Shown here one piece after another: positions 12,424 through 23,300 of a stretch of DNA of 64,000 nucleotides. Each line of letters starts with the position of its first letter. Within the stretch, counting starts at the first letter, position 1. A program made the position numbers and the translations under genes. The stretch lies in NCBI RefSeq assembly GCF_035084215.1, contig NC_090347.1, positions 7,192,001-7,256,000 on the forward strand. Reading direction: 5' to 3'. Origin of the DNA: Heptranchias perlo (taxonomy: Eukaryota). The notes beneath the pieces were generated by a model. It did not search any database, had not been told where the DNA came from, and was given only the letters and a program-made list of their open reading frames with translations.

Positions 12424-14291
12424 TTGGAGCAGGCCAAAGGCAAGGCTGCTCCAAGGTTCTCTGACTCCTCGCTCCAGGTGCTACTCGATGGGGTGAGGAG
12501 TAGGAGGGAAATTTTTTTCCCATCGGATGGGAGGAAGTGTCCTCCCTCCACCACCAAGAAGGCCTGGCTGGAGGTGGCCGAGGAGGTCACCAACAGTGGC
12601 AATGTGTCCAGAACCTGGGTCCAGTGCAGGAAGAGATTTAATGACCTAACCAGGTCAGCCAAAGTGAGTATACTTACGCATTCTCCCACACTCTGTCTTC
12701 CACATCACCCCAACCACCACACAACCCCTTCTGCACTGCCACCACAACGCTCTCGCATCACTCCTCACATCCACTCAACTATCATCCTCACCTTGCCCGC
12801 ACGTACTCACCGCCCCAGTTCCCATTCGAACACTACCACGCAACCCAATCCTCATACAATCTCATGGCTATGTCTCACACACACCCTCCCATGCATCTCC
12901 CTCACGGTCACCCCCCACCTACACCAATGCATGCAGCGGATCACCATGCAACCATCACTCAATCACGCCTCTTTTTTGCCTTGATAGGAGAAGAGATGCC
13001 AGAATGCCCGGGAGAGGGCAAGGACCAGGTGGCATTAACAGATGCGGAGCACCAGGCACTCGAGATAAGCTGCACGCTGGAGTGCCTGTCCATGACGGAC
13101 GCCGAGACTGGGAGCGCACAAGCGGCTGGTGACAGAAATCTAACACTCAGCATTCATGATAGTGAATGATCTTAGCATCACTTGGCATATACAGCACCTC
13201 AACATCTGTCCACATGCTTAATATTGCTTTCTGTTCTCTTGCAGGGCCATCTGCAACCGCCGTGACTGTGGAGGGCGATTCCTCAGAGGACCTGCCGTCC
13301 TCTGGGGGTCCATCGTCACATCTGAGCCAGCCATCCACCAGCGCAGATACACACACCTTGGTCACTTAGTTGGGCTTGCACATGGTGAGTCACCACGCAC
13401 ATGTGAGCACAAGCAGACCCTGGTGGCACGGGCAGCCGTGGAGAGTCCGCGTCGGTGGGAGCATTCTTCTCCAGGCTCTGCTCAGCTGGACCCAGATGCT
13501 GAACCCTAGGGGCCAGCCGTGAAAAGGAGAGTCATCGAGGGGCAGCAGCACGTTGCTGAGGTACTGGAACAGTTGCCACGCGCACTCTCCACAATCACGC
13601 AGAGGATGGAGGAGTCCAACTCCTGCATGGAGGGCAATTAGGGATGGGCAATAAATGCTGGCCTCGCCAGCGACGCCCGCATCCCGTGAACGAATATAAA
13701 AAGAAAGAATACTGTCACAGGGATGTGAAGGCATCTCTGAGATAGTGTCGCGGGTAGGTGCGGGAATGTCTGCGTGGAGGAAAGGCTAGCCTCCATCGAG
13801 CGTCAAGCACAGCTCAACAATGAGACCATTCAGGCCCTGACAACGGCCGTTCGGATTCAGGGTGAGCAACATTCTGCCGCCTTAAACAGGCTGACAGATA
13901 CCTTACAACTGGCCTTCCAAGGCTTCACGCATGTCCTCCAAACTGTCGTCCAGCAGGGTGGAAGGAGTGATGTGGGCCTGGGCCAGGAGAGGGATGATGG
14001 TGAAAGAGGACATGGAAGTGGGGACGCCACTCAAAGCGCTCCCACGTCTCACCCGTTGCCCCCCTCTCAACCAGTACCTGCAATGCTGCCCCCACTCCAG
14101 GTGGCCATGGTCTGCCCCTGCACAGGTGCAGGTGGAGCAGTCTTTGGAGGGGCCCTCACAGGCACCGAAACCCAGAGGGCGTCCGCGCAAAGCATCTCAT
14201 CGGTCAGGGCATGGACAAGAGCAACCTGCCACTACCTCTGCTGAAGCCACCACCTAAGGGTTCCCGTAAACGTAAGGCGAAGGATTTGTGA
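12424..14291 (+). pseudogene. Harbinger Myb/SANT-like (NAIF1/MSANTD-type) DNA-binding protein, disrupted
   Basis: Exon 1 12424-12663 (PRFSDSSLQVLLDGV...KKAWLEVAEEV...RTWVQCRKRFNDL|gtgagt), exon 2 12988-13128, exon 3 from 13245 to a basic C-terminus RKRKAKDL*. Start codon is TTG; frameshifts and a LINE-tail insertion at ~13632-13706. TATTTAAA at 12367. Confidence 0.8.
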
Positions 14292-14482
14292 GCACAAAGG
14301 GGATGCACAGGGGTGAAAGACGACATGTCATGTTTTTCATTTATTTTCCTTTGTTTTGCAAAAAATCATAAAAATTGTTATCACCACTACTGCCACGTCT
14401 TTGAAAATCTTATCTGGTTTGTGCAATAATGCCCTTTCCTGAGGATCACCATGAAGACCCACACCTGATGCCACCCATTGTG

Positions 14483-14968
14483 TCACTGCAGAGTGGGTGT
14501 AGGTGTATTTGCAGGGCTCTTTTGTGCAGACGGCTGAGAGACGCCGGCCATGTCCCCGGTGGCACACTGAAAGGATGCGGAGGAGAAGTTGTTGAGGGCA
14601 GTGGTGACTTTGACAGCGACAGGTAAGAAGATGGTGAAGATGGTGCTCGGGCCAGCCGGGAGCAGCTCGGCATGAAGGAGGCTGCAGATGTCCACGACTA
14701 CATGTCGAGTGACTCTGAGTCTCCGTGTGCACTGCTGCTCAGAGAGGTCCAGGAAGTTGAGCCTCGGTCTGTAGACCCTGTGGTGAGGGTAGTGCCTTCT
14801 GCGACGCATCTCTTTCTGCCGTTGCCCTCCCTCCTGCTGTGCAGGTGGATGTGTCACAACACTGTGTTGTGGAGCTCCACGTGTCAGAGGTGGACGCCGT
14901 GGCCAGCGAGGCTGGTGATACTGTTCGTCCTCCGAGGAGGTCATGACTGCAGCTATGGCGGCCCCCAC
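14483..14968 (-). pseudogene. Harbinger (HARBI1-like) transposase, N-terminal/HTH part only
   Basis: RVYRPRLNFLDLSEQQCTRRLR...ICSLL...LPVAVKVTTALNNFSSASFQCATGDMAGVSQ is typical of PIF/Harbinger transposase N-termini. No DDE domain follows before the Myb gene end. Confidence 0.8.
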
Positions 14969-17042
14969 CCGGAAGATGTACGTTTGAGGGGGTCCGCAAG
15001 GTAGGTAAATGTGTCTGCACACCAGGGTTGAGGTTGCAAGGTTGTGAATTTTATTGTTAGGAGGAGGGTGGTGGAGGCCAAACTTTTACCAAGGTGACAG
15101 ATTGGCCTCCTGCAATGAGTGAGGGTCTCCCCCCACCTCCTGTCAAATGGACCTTTACAGCTGCCTCAGGCTGATGGCTGCAACACGTCCATTTCAACTG
15201 GGAGTGTTTCCCCCAGTACGGGAAACAGTCTCAGTTTAGTTGAAAATCCCACCCCTCCTAAAATATCATTTCAATCAGGTCTGCAAACGACCTGAAGTAT
15301 CTACTTAATTGGTTTAAGTGGGATCCTGTCAGCTCACAGGTGGGGGCTGCGCGCGCATCACTGGGGAACCCGGAAGTGGGCGGGTTGGAACCGGGCTCCG
15401 GCCCCGCCTCGGGAATCCCTGATTTTCGGAGCACCCCCCCACCCCGCCATGAACCCGCTGGCTCGGACGTCCGAAAATCGAGCCCATTGTAACAGTTTCA
15501 GGCAGGAAATGATCTTTGGTCCATCTAGCCCACCTATCCACAGTATTCCCTTGGTGCATTTTTAATAATGGGAGAGCATACAGTAAACAGCAAATACAGA
15601 GTATATGTGTATTTGGGAGACACAGTGCTATAACAATAGCTACCCTAACATTTATATAGTACCATTCACAAAAGAAAATGTCCCAATGCGCTTTGCAGGA
15701 GCTACAGTTGACACTAAGCAGGACACAGAGGAGGAGTTAGAGGAGATAATCAAAAGCACAGTCAAAGAGATATTTTGAGGAGGATATTGAAGAAGTAACT
15801 GTACCCTTTCACCCCAGGTAGCATCATAGTGAATTCTGGCTGCACCTTTCCATTGATTTTGTAACCTTTCTATAACAGGTACCCAAAACTGCTCAACATT
15901 ACCACTTTGGTTTTGTAGTCTCTGTTTCTAATCCTTTGCCTTTTTTCTGACTGTATCTTCTTGCGGTGCTACCTTTAATGACCTGTGTATCTGGACACCA
16001 GGATTTGTCTACTCCATTTAAAATCTTACCGATTTTATATATATCTTTTGTTTTCTACCCTCCAACCAACTCTTTACATCCCTTTATCTATTTGGCCACA
16101 TTCCCTGTAATTCAGTGTGCCATCATCTTTGCTATAAGTTTCTTACATGGTAGTTTATCAAATATTTTTTTAAAAATCCATGTAAATCACATCCACTGGA
16201 TTTATTTTATCTGACCTCTGTTATTTTTTCAAATAAGGATGGTCAAGCCTGTCCTGTAGAACGCCATGCCAACTGGCCCTGATTATTTCATGTTTCTCCA
16301 AGTGCTTAGCTATCTTATCTTATATTATTGTAGTTTAACAACTGAAGTAAGACTAATTGGTCTGCAGTTTCCTGGCTTATCCCTGTCTCCTTCGCCACAT
16401 TTAGCAGCCTTTCCATCCTCAGGCACAATTATATTTTCCACAGAGTTTTAGGAGAATTATAGTCAGAGCCTCTGCTAATTCTTCCCTAGCTTCAGTCAGG
16501 ATCCTTGGATTAGACTATCAGGTCCCGGTGGTTTATCTATCTTAAGTTTGAGTAACTACTTTAGTACCATTTCTCTTTGAAGTATAACCTCCACTATCAA
16601 TTCTATACCCACCTCTGATTCTACTATCCCAATATCCTTAGTGAAAAATGAGCCAAAGTACAAAGTCTAAAATCTCTTCTATTCCCCCTACCATTAGCTT
16701 GCCTCCTTCATCTTTTAACTAGTGTCCTCCTACCTTGATCATGCTCTCACTACTGATGTGCTTATGGAAGGCCTTTTATTGCCCTATATGCTTTTTGCTA
16801 CCTTGCTGTCATACTTTCTAATCTTTTTGTAGCTTTCCTGTAAACTTCACACTTGTTCTCGCTTTCATTTTTATTATCTGTCCTGTAAGCATTAAATTTT
16901 TCTTTTTTTTTTACTTTCAAATTCGATCTAATCTCTGTAGGCGTCCATGTAACCCCAGCCTTCAATGCACTCCCATTTTTCCCTATTGGAATGTACTTGA
17001 TTTTTACCCTTTCCATCTCCTGTTTATTACTAATATAATATC

Positions 17043-17411
17043 AAACGCAAAATACAGCTGATGCTGAAAATCTGAAATAAGAACAGAAAATGCTGGAAAT
17101 ACTCAGCAAGTCAGGCAACATCTGTGGAGAAAGAAACAGAGTTAATGGGGGTGATTTTAAACCCCAAGAACGGGTGGGTTGGGGGCGAGTGGGAGTTGAA
17201 AATAGTTGTTTTTTGGGCCGTGACCACAACCCGGCTTTATTTCCGGGTTTAACGTCGGCGTGTAAAAGTACAGGCTTCCCACTGGGAATACAAAGTCAGA
17301 ACATTTTGCAGTTGCGACGCAAAAAAACAACTGTTTTCAACTCCCACCCGCCCCCAACCCCACCCCCGTTCTTGGGGTTTAGAATTACCCCCAATGTTTC
17401 AGATCGATGAC
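17043..17411 (-). mobile_element. Penelope-like family B terminal fragment interrupted by a MITE
   Basis: aacagaaaatgctggaaatactcagcaagtcaggcaacatctgtggaga...gttAAT[MITE]AATgtttcagatcgatgac, same family as 18506 and 25281. Confidence 0.7.
17147..17392. mobile_element. Harbinger/Tourist-type MITE, 246 bp
   Basis: ~85-bp imperfect TIRs starting GGGGGTGATTTTAAACCCCAAGAACGGG. Exact 3-bp TSD AAT at 17144-17146 and 17393-17395. Confidence 0.9.
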
Positions 17412-17912
17412 TGTTTGCCATTACTGAACTATAAATCCATTTGGTATTTTTCTGGCCGTTTGATCTGGGCAAGGTCCTTTTATTTCTCACAAAATGTTAT
17501 TTTTTTTTACAGTCAAGTACTCTTTTTCTTTTTCTATTCTTACACTGAACCTAATTATATTCTGGTCAGGATTTCCCAACTTTTAGGTTTCCTGCTTGCT
17601 CTGCTTCATTATCCATAACAAGGTCAAGTTATGCTGCCTTGTTGTAGTAATAGCATTGTAACCAAGAAAACAGTTCGAAACACATAGCAAAAAAAACCTT
17701 CCTCTTTTTCACCACAAATACTTCTCCTATTCAAGCCTATTTTGGATAATTAAAATCTCCTACAATTAAAACTATATTGTTAACACTCTAATTTGTCTGC
17801 AAATACCATTACCTTTTCCTCTATCCCTGTGCCTCCTGAAAGTTTTATACCTAGGAATATTTAATTGATAATTCTGACCCAGCTGGAGCCACATTTCAGT
17901 TGTTACTATTTC

Positions 17913-18100
17913 ATGATGTGGAGATGCCGGTGATGGACTGGGGTGGACAATTGTAAGGACTTGCACAGGCATTGTTCTCTAACGATATATGCTATGCATT
18001 TTCAGACCCCTTCACTCACCTGACGAAGGAGGTAAGCTCCGAAAGCTTGCGATTTAAAATAAAACTGTTGGACTATAACCTGGTGTTGTGCAAGTCCTTA
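17913..18100. mobile_element. Short Penelope-like family A insertion, partly inverted, with hammerhead on + (18016-18052)
   Basis: 15-bp direct repeat TTACTATTTCATGAT at 17903-17917 and 18098-18112. Motif tcacCTGACGAaGGAGgtaagCTCCGAAAgcttgcga. Confidence 0.8.
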
Positions 18101-18505
18101 CTATTTCATGATTTTCTATTTTAATCAATGACTTTAGTTCCTCAATTTTGTTTCTTGTACTCTGTGCATTAATAAACATAGGTTTTTAATGAATTCCTTT
18201 GGCTTGGCAAATTTTCCTTTTTGCCATCTCCCATCCTGATTTCTTTTTACTATTGTCTCCTGTTTAACCACTTTCAACCTTTCAGCATCTAAAGATTACT
18301 TTCCCTTCCAAGTTGCATATTCTACTCTCTTGCTTTTCCTTTCACCCGCCATATTAGTTCAAATACTATGGCACAACTCTGGTTTACACTGAGTTTTGTT
18401 CTGGGGGAGGCTGCCCTTCAGTATATCTCACTCCTGCCCCACAATTGTAATTATGCAAATGAAAATACAGTAACTCTCATGAAAAAAAATCCTAAACCGA
18501 TAGTA

Positions 18506-19331
18506 CAAAAGCAAAATATTGTGGATGCTGGAAATCTGAAATAAAAACAGAAAATTCTGGAAAACGCTCAGCTGGTCAGGCAGCATCTGTTAAGAGAGAA
18601 ACAGAGTTAACGTTTCAGGTCGATGACCATTCATCAGAACTGGAAGATGTTAGAGATTAACAGTTTTTAAGCAATTACAGAGCCAGGGAAAAGTGGGAGT
18701 GCAGGTGGGGGGGTGGGGAGAACAAAGGGGAAAATGTCTGTGATAGGATGGAGGGCAGGAGTGATTAAATGATAAAAGGAATGGTGGTGTAAGGCAAAAG
18801 GGGGTGGTAATGGGACAAGTATAGAAACAAAAAATGGGTCCAGAGGAGGTGCAAATGGTTACAGCATGGGAAATCTGGCAAAGAGGAGAAGGTTCCCGTG
18901 GCAAGGGAAAGTGACCCAGGGGTGCAGATCACCCAGACGGCCGTGTATTGATAGGGGATCCCCACTCCAAGCATCGGCCCACAACTTCTCCACACTCACA
19001 GACCTTCCCCTTTGTTCTTTCCTCACGATGTGGAGATGCCGGTGATGGACTGGGGTTGACAATTGTAAACAATTTTACAACACCAAGTTATAGTCCAGCA
19101 ATTTTATTTTAAATTCACAAGCTTTCGGAGGCTTCCTCCTTCGTCAGGTGAACGATGTGAAACGATTATAACTTGGTGTTGTAAAATTGATTTCTTTCCT
19201 CACCGCACACCGCACACCCACCTTTCCCTGGCTCTGTACTTGCTTAAAACCTGTTAAACCTGAAACGCGAACTCTTGTTTCTCCCTCCGCAGATGCTGCC
19301 TAACCTGCTGAGTGTTTTCCAGCATTTTCTG
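18506..19331. mobile_element. Penelope-like family B element with inverted partial duplicate
   Basis: 18540-18700 is mirrored imperfectly by 19217-19331. Hammerhead core on the minus strand at 18605-18641. Confidence 0.7.
19027..19191 (-). mobile_element. Short Penelope-like family A insertion with hammerhead on - (19115-19151)
   Basis: 12-bp TSD TTCTTTCCTCAC (19015-19026, 19192-19203). 23-bp inverted segment 19167-19189 mirrors 19070-19092. Confidence 0.8.
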
Positions 19332-19560
19332 GGTTGAGGTAGGGTGGGGTGGGGTGGTGGAATAGTGTTTATTTTAGCTACCGAAACAAAAACAAATATT
19401 TTTATATTGCAAAGTTCCACACGGAAGAACAAGAGGAGAAAGGGGGTAAGTGAGACGATGATGATTTAAATATATAAAAAGACAGCAAAAACCCAAGCCG
19501 CCCCTCCAGGGACGGCGCTGTCAGCAGAGTAGCAATTTTTTTGTTATTAGCCTCCCCAGG

Positions 19561-19680
19561 ATTGGCTGTCCGGTTGTCACGGCAATGCGTCCTCGGCTTC
19601 TTTCAAAACAGCCAATTGAAAAATTGCTTTGAATCGAATGGGCCAATAGGAGCGCAGCAATCCGGGACATTTAAATGGCC
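19561..19680 (+). promoter_or_regulatory. KPNA2: KPNA2 promoter: NF-Y CCAAT boxes, CHR-like elements, X-box-like motif
   Basis: ATTGG 19561; CCAAT 19612 and 19643 (31 bp apart); TTCAAA 19602, TTTGAA 19628, TTTAAA 19670; GTTGTCACGGCAAT 19573-19586; CpG-rich. Confidence 0.75.
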
Positions 19681-19699
19681 GGAGCGGCGCTCCGCGCAC

Positions 19700-19774
19700 A
19701 GTTCTGTTGGAGCGAGTGTGAGCAGAAGGAGTGTGAGCAGAGCGAGTGTGAGCACGGCGCAGATACAGCCTTCC
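19700..19774 (+). other. KPNA2: KPNA2 non-coding exon 1 (start approximate)
   Basis: Lies downstream of the CCAAT/CHR cluster. Donor cc|gtgagt at 19775; next acceptor acatacag| at 20256. Confidence 0.6.
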
Positions 19775-20287
19775 GTGAGTAGCAGCTAATGGTGTTTTTG
19801 TTGCAAAGTATCTCGTGTATTAAATTTATCGAAGTTATTGTTCAGCATTTATCGAAAGTTTTACTAATAATTACAACTCGAGGGGACGACCCCTCCCCTC
19901 CCCCCCACTTCCTCATTCAAACGTGGTGTGCGTCTAAATCTTTGTCCTATTAAAACATCTGCATGGAGCTAAAATCAATTTTCGTTTTTCTTAACTATTT
20001 TACTTAAACCATTCATTGTTTAACCGGACGATTCGCTAAGCTGATTTTTTTTTTTAAAAAACAGCGCTGGTTGCTAATTTAAACTGGATGCAGAAGTTTC
20101 CCTTTTAACAAGAAATATTTTTTTTGTAAAAGTTTTCCTATATTTGCAAACCATTTTTTTTAATTGAAGTTTAACTTTAAGAACAAAATCTGCCCTGACC
20201 GTTGAAGCACCTTGTTCAATGTATCGAGCTCCTGTCTATATTTTTGTTACATACAGTTGATTTGATCGAGTTGCTTGAAGTTGGAAG

Positions 20288-20359
20288 ATGTCAACCACGG
20301 CCAACGAGAACGCTTCTCCCCGCCTGACACAGTTTAAGAACAGGGGTAAAGACGCCAAC
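20288..20359 (+). CDS. KPNA2: KPNA2 coding exon 1
   Basis: [24 protein letters not shown]|gtaagt. Confidence 0.93.
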
Positions 20360-23300
20360 GTAAGTTGCAATTTTGTGACAAGCCTGTAAGTTGCAGCAGT
20401 TCCATGTTTGCAAATGGCCTAATTTGCTCCGATCCTGTTTAAAGGAGTTGAGACGCAGGAGAATCGAAACCAACGTTGAGCTGCGGAAAGCTAAAAAGGA
20501 CGATCAGCTGTTTAAAAGGAGGAATGTGAACAGTTTTCCTGATGAAGCTGTATCTCCCCTTCAGGAGAAGAACAACACTCAGGTACCGTATACTTCAAAA
20601 ATTGTAATGCGGTTCCATTGAATTAATAGCTTTGCTTTCGGTTGCTCAACGTCATTTAACATTTAAAAAAAATCTTTAGGTGCACATGCGTTTGGAAGAA
20701 ATAATCGAAGGGATCCAGTGCAATTATTTGGAAACTCAACTCCAAGCGACTCAGGCTGCTAGGTAAGACCTCTTCCCCCGCTAGCGTTGTTGGGAATTTG
20801 AAGCATTTGAAGAATTCTTGTCCTGTAAAGTTTTTAGTAGCCTTTGTAAACTTAATGCGGAGCCTAGAGTTAGATTTTGGTTACAGGTTTAAGCAGAATG
20901 GTGCTACAAAAGCAGCATTAGATATGATTGGCTATTGGTAAATATATTTCTAGAACACAAATTATCCGACTGTTTTAAATTGGCGAACTTTTTCCTCTCT
21001 GCTACTTTGAGTATTTTTGCTTAATCCGAAAATAGAAAAGTGCCAAATGATGCACAAATACACAATTCCGGCACCAGTTATAGAGCTCACATCAGACTCT
21101 CAACCCTGAGTCCTTCAAAAATAAAACCGAAGAACCTGTGCTAGTGGCTCCAGTCACCATCACAATGATGTAGTAAAGATTGTTGGCTTTTATGGCCTTT
21201 GACTTCAGTGTTGTAACTGCCAGTGTACTGCTGTCCCTGCTTCATGGATAACTGGAATTATTTCTTTGGCATAGAGAATATAATCATAATGGGGCTTGGA
21301 GTTGTCAGCATAGCTACAATGCAGGCTTGTTTGTGGGCTCTCTGGTTGAAGGAAATGGGGGTTTTACCAATTTAGCAGCAGGGAAATGCTTTTCAGTGGA
21401 AATTGGTATTTTGCACTTGTCCAAATGGCCAGTGAGTATAGACAATGAGACTGTCCAGTGATTGTTTTGAGTGACCAAGGAAGTGGTGTAATTGAGCCCT
21501 ACCCTGTCATCACCTGATGTCTACACACACTTGGGATCTAGGTGAAATTGATACAGCTGCATTATTGCCCATCTCTACCTAGATAGTCTCGAACCCATGG
21601 GACCATATCTTGTACCTGCTCCCTAACTGTTTTCTTGCATACTTCAGTTTGCCATACCCACTATTTGCTAGCCATACTTAAATATTTGTGCCCATGTCCA
21701 AATACCTCTAGAAAGCAAGAGGTCCCAGTACAGGTTCCCCAAAACACACCATGACTTCCATTTTTCTAACTAGTCTTGCATGTAAATCTGTAACATCCTT
21801 TATATACTCATTTCCTCAATCCAGTTAAATTTATGTACAACCTACACTTCACAAGTCATGCTGGCTGTTCATAATTAACTCCTGCCTCTAGCATTCCCTA
21901 ATTTTACAAGCTGCACCCCCCCTTACTCTGGCCTGGTCCTTCCATACTGAAAGATACCTCGAGTACACACTCTCTCTCAGAAAGCAGTAGATGCTAGTTC
22001 AGTTAATATTAAATCTGAAGTCAATAGATTTTTGCTAGCCAAGGTGGGTAAATGGAGTTAGGATACATATCAGCCATGATATCATTAAATGGTGGAACAG
22101 GCTTGAGGGGCTGAATGGCCTACTCCAGTACCTATCTAGAACAGGAAGACTGCCCTCTAGCTAGGACAGACTGATTGTAGCTCCCAAAACAAAACATTTC
22201 CAAAATGTTTGTATTGCAGCATGAAGTAACATCAGTGGCTGCTCCAGAATGCACACTCATTTTACATATGGTTCTCTTGAGTGACATTTAGCTGTAGTGT
22301 TGACTGTTAAGTGGCAGCACAGTAATGTAGTCTCGGGTCTTTAGAATTAACTGTTAATTTTTTCTTCTAGGAAGCTACTGTCTAGAGAGAAACATCCTCC
22401 CATCGACAAAATCATTCAGGCTGGGCTCATCCCCAAGTTTGTAGCATTCCTTGGGAACTTTGATTGTAGCCCCATCCAGTTTGAAGCTGCGTGGGCCCTC
22501 ACCAACATAGCTTCTGGAACCTCTGACCAGACCAAGGCAGTAGTTGATGGTGGTGCTATTCCAGCCTTCATCAATTTGCTAGCTTCGCCACATCCCCACA
22601 TCAGTGAACAAGCAGTATGGGCTTTAGGAAACATTGCAGGTAACTATCATGTAGTTATGACTTGACCATTGAAAACCAAGTTGTTTGTAGTTTGTTCATT
22701 TATGAAGTGTGACTTTTAATTTGGTTGTATGTCATAAACTTGGCCTTAAATATTTTTAACCAGTATGAAATAGACTCCTCCTCCCACCTCAGACTATGGA
22801 CTGAGGGGGCAGGACAAAGCCAGGATTTACTCATGGTCCTGCCAGAGGATAGCATGTTTGGCTGCAGCACCCCCTGCCATTAAGTACCAGGTACTGCTGA
22901 CACATGAAAGACCACTTGGAAGGGGTACTGGTACTCATTGTGATATGGTACCAAGTCATATGATTTTTTTTGTATTAGGTTTGTCAGTGGGAGTGGTTTG
23001 ATAAATTGGCCAAATCTCTCCTTCCAGATAATTAGTCACTTCATCTTTCCAGATTCCAAAACTCCCTGCCTTTAGATATTAAACCAACTGGCCTGTAATT
23101 ACCAATCTGTGACTTCCATTTTGGAAATGGCAACTCTAGCCCTCCAGCATGCATACTCAGTAGAACCCCGAGACCACAATTTCTAAGGCTGTGGCTATTT
23201 CTAGCCCCATTTCTCATGATCCTTGTAATTGTTTGTTTATCATGGAATCCCACAAGCTACAAAAGTCCACAAACAGTTGTCCCCATCTTTCCTGAAATTT

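Larger units (their letters stand above)
12165..15485. mobile_element. PIF/Harbinger DNA transposon, internally deleted
   Basis: 16-bp TIRs GGCCTCGATTTTAGGA / GGGCTCGATTTTCGGA (14/16), 3-bp flanks ATA/ATT, two convergent genes (Myb/SANT and transposase). Confidence 0.9.
15780..17900 (-). mobile_element. Highly degenerate older CR1-type LINE fragments, interrupted by younger insertions
   Basis: Remnants such as actgaagtaagactaattggtctgcagtttcctgg (NYRP region reversed), tcaggtcccggtggttta (PGPD) and TEMWL...LNIPRYKTFRRHR (endonuclease). Confidence 0.6.

Noticed and set aside
12424-12984. Domesticated NAIF1/MSANTD-type host gene
   Set aside because: Lies inside TIRs, starts with TTG, has frameshifts, and the ORF tail is intron read-through.
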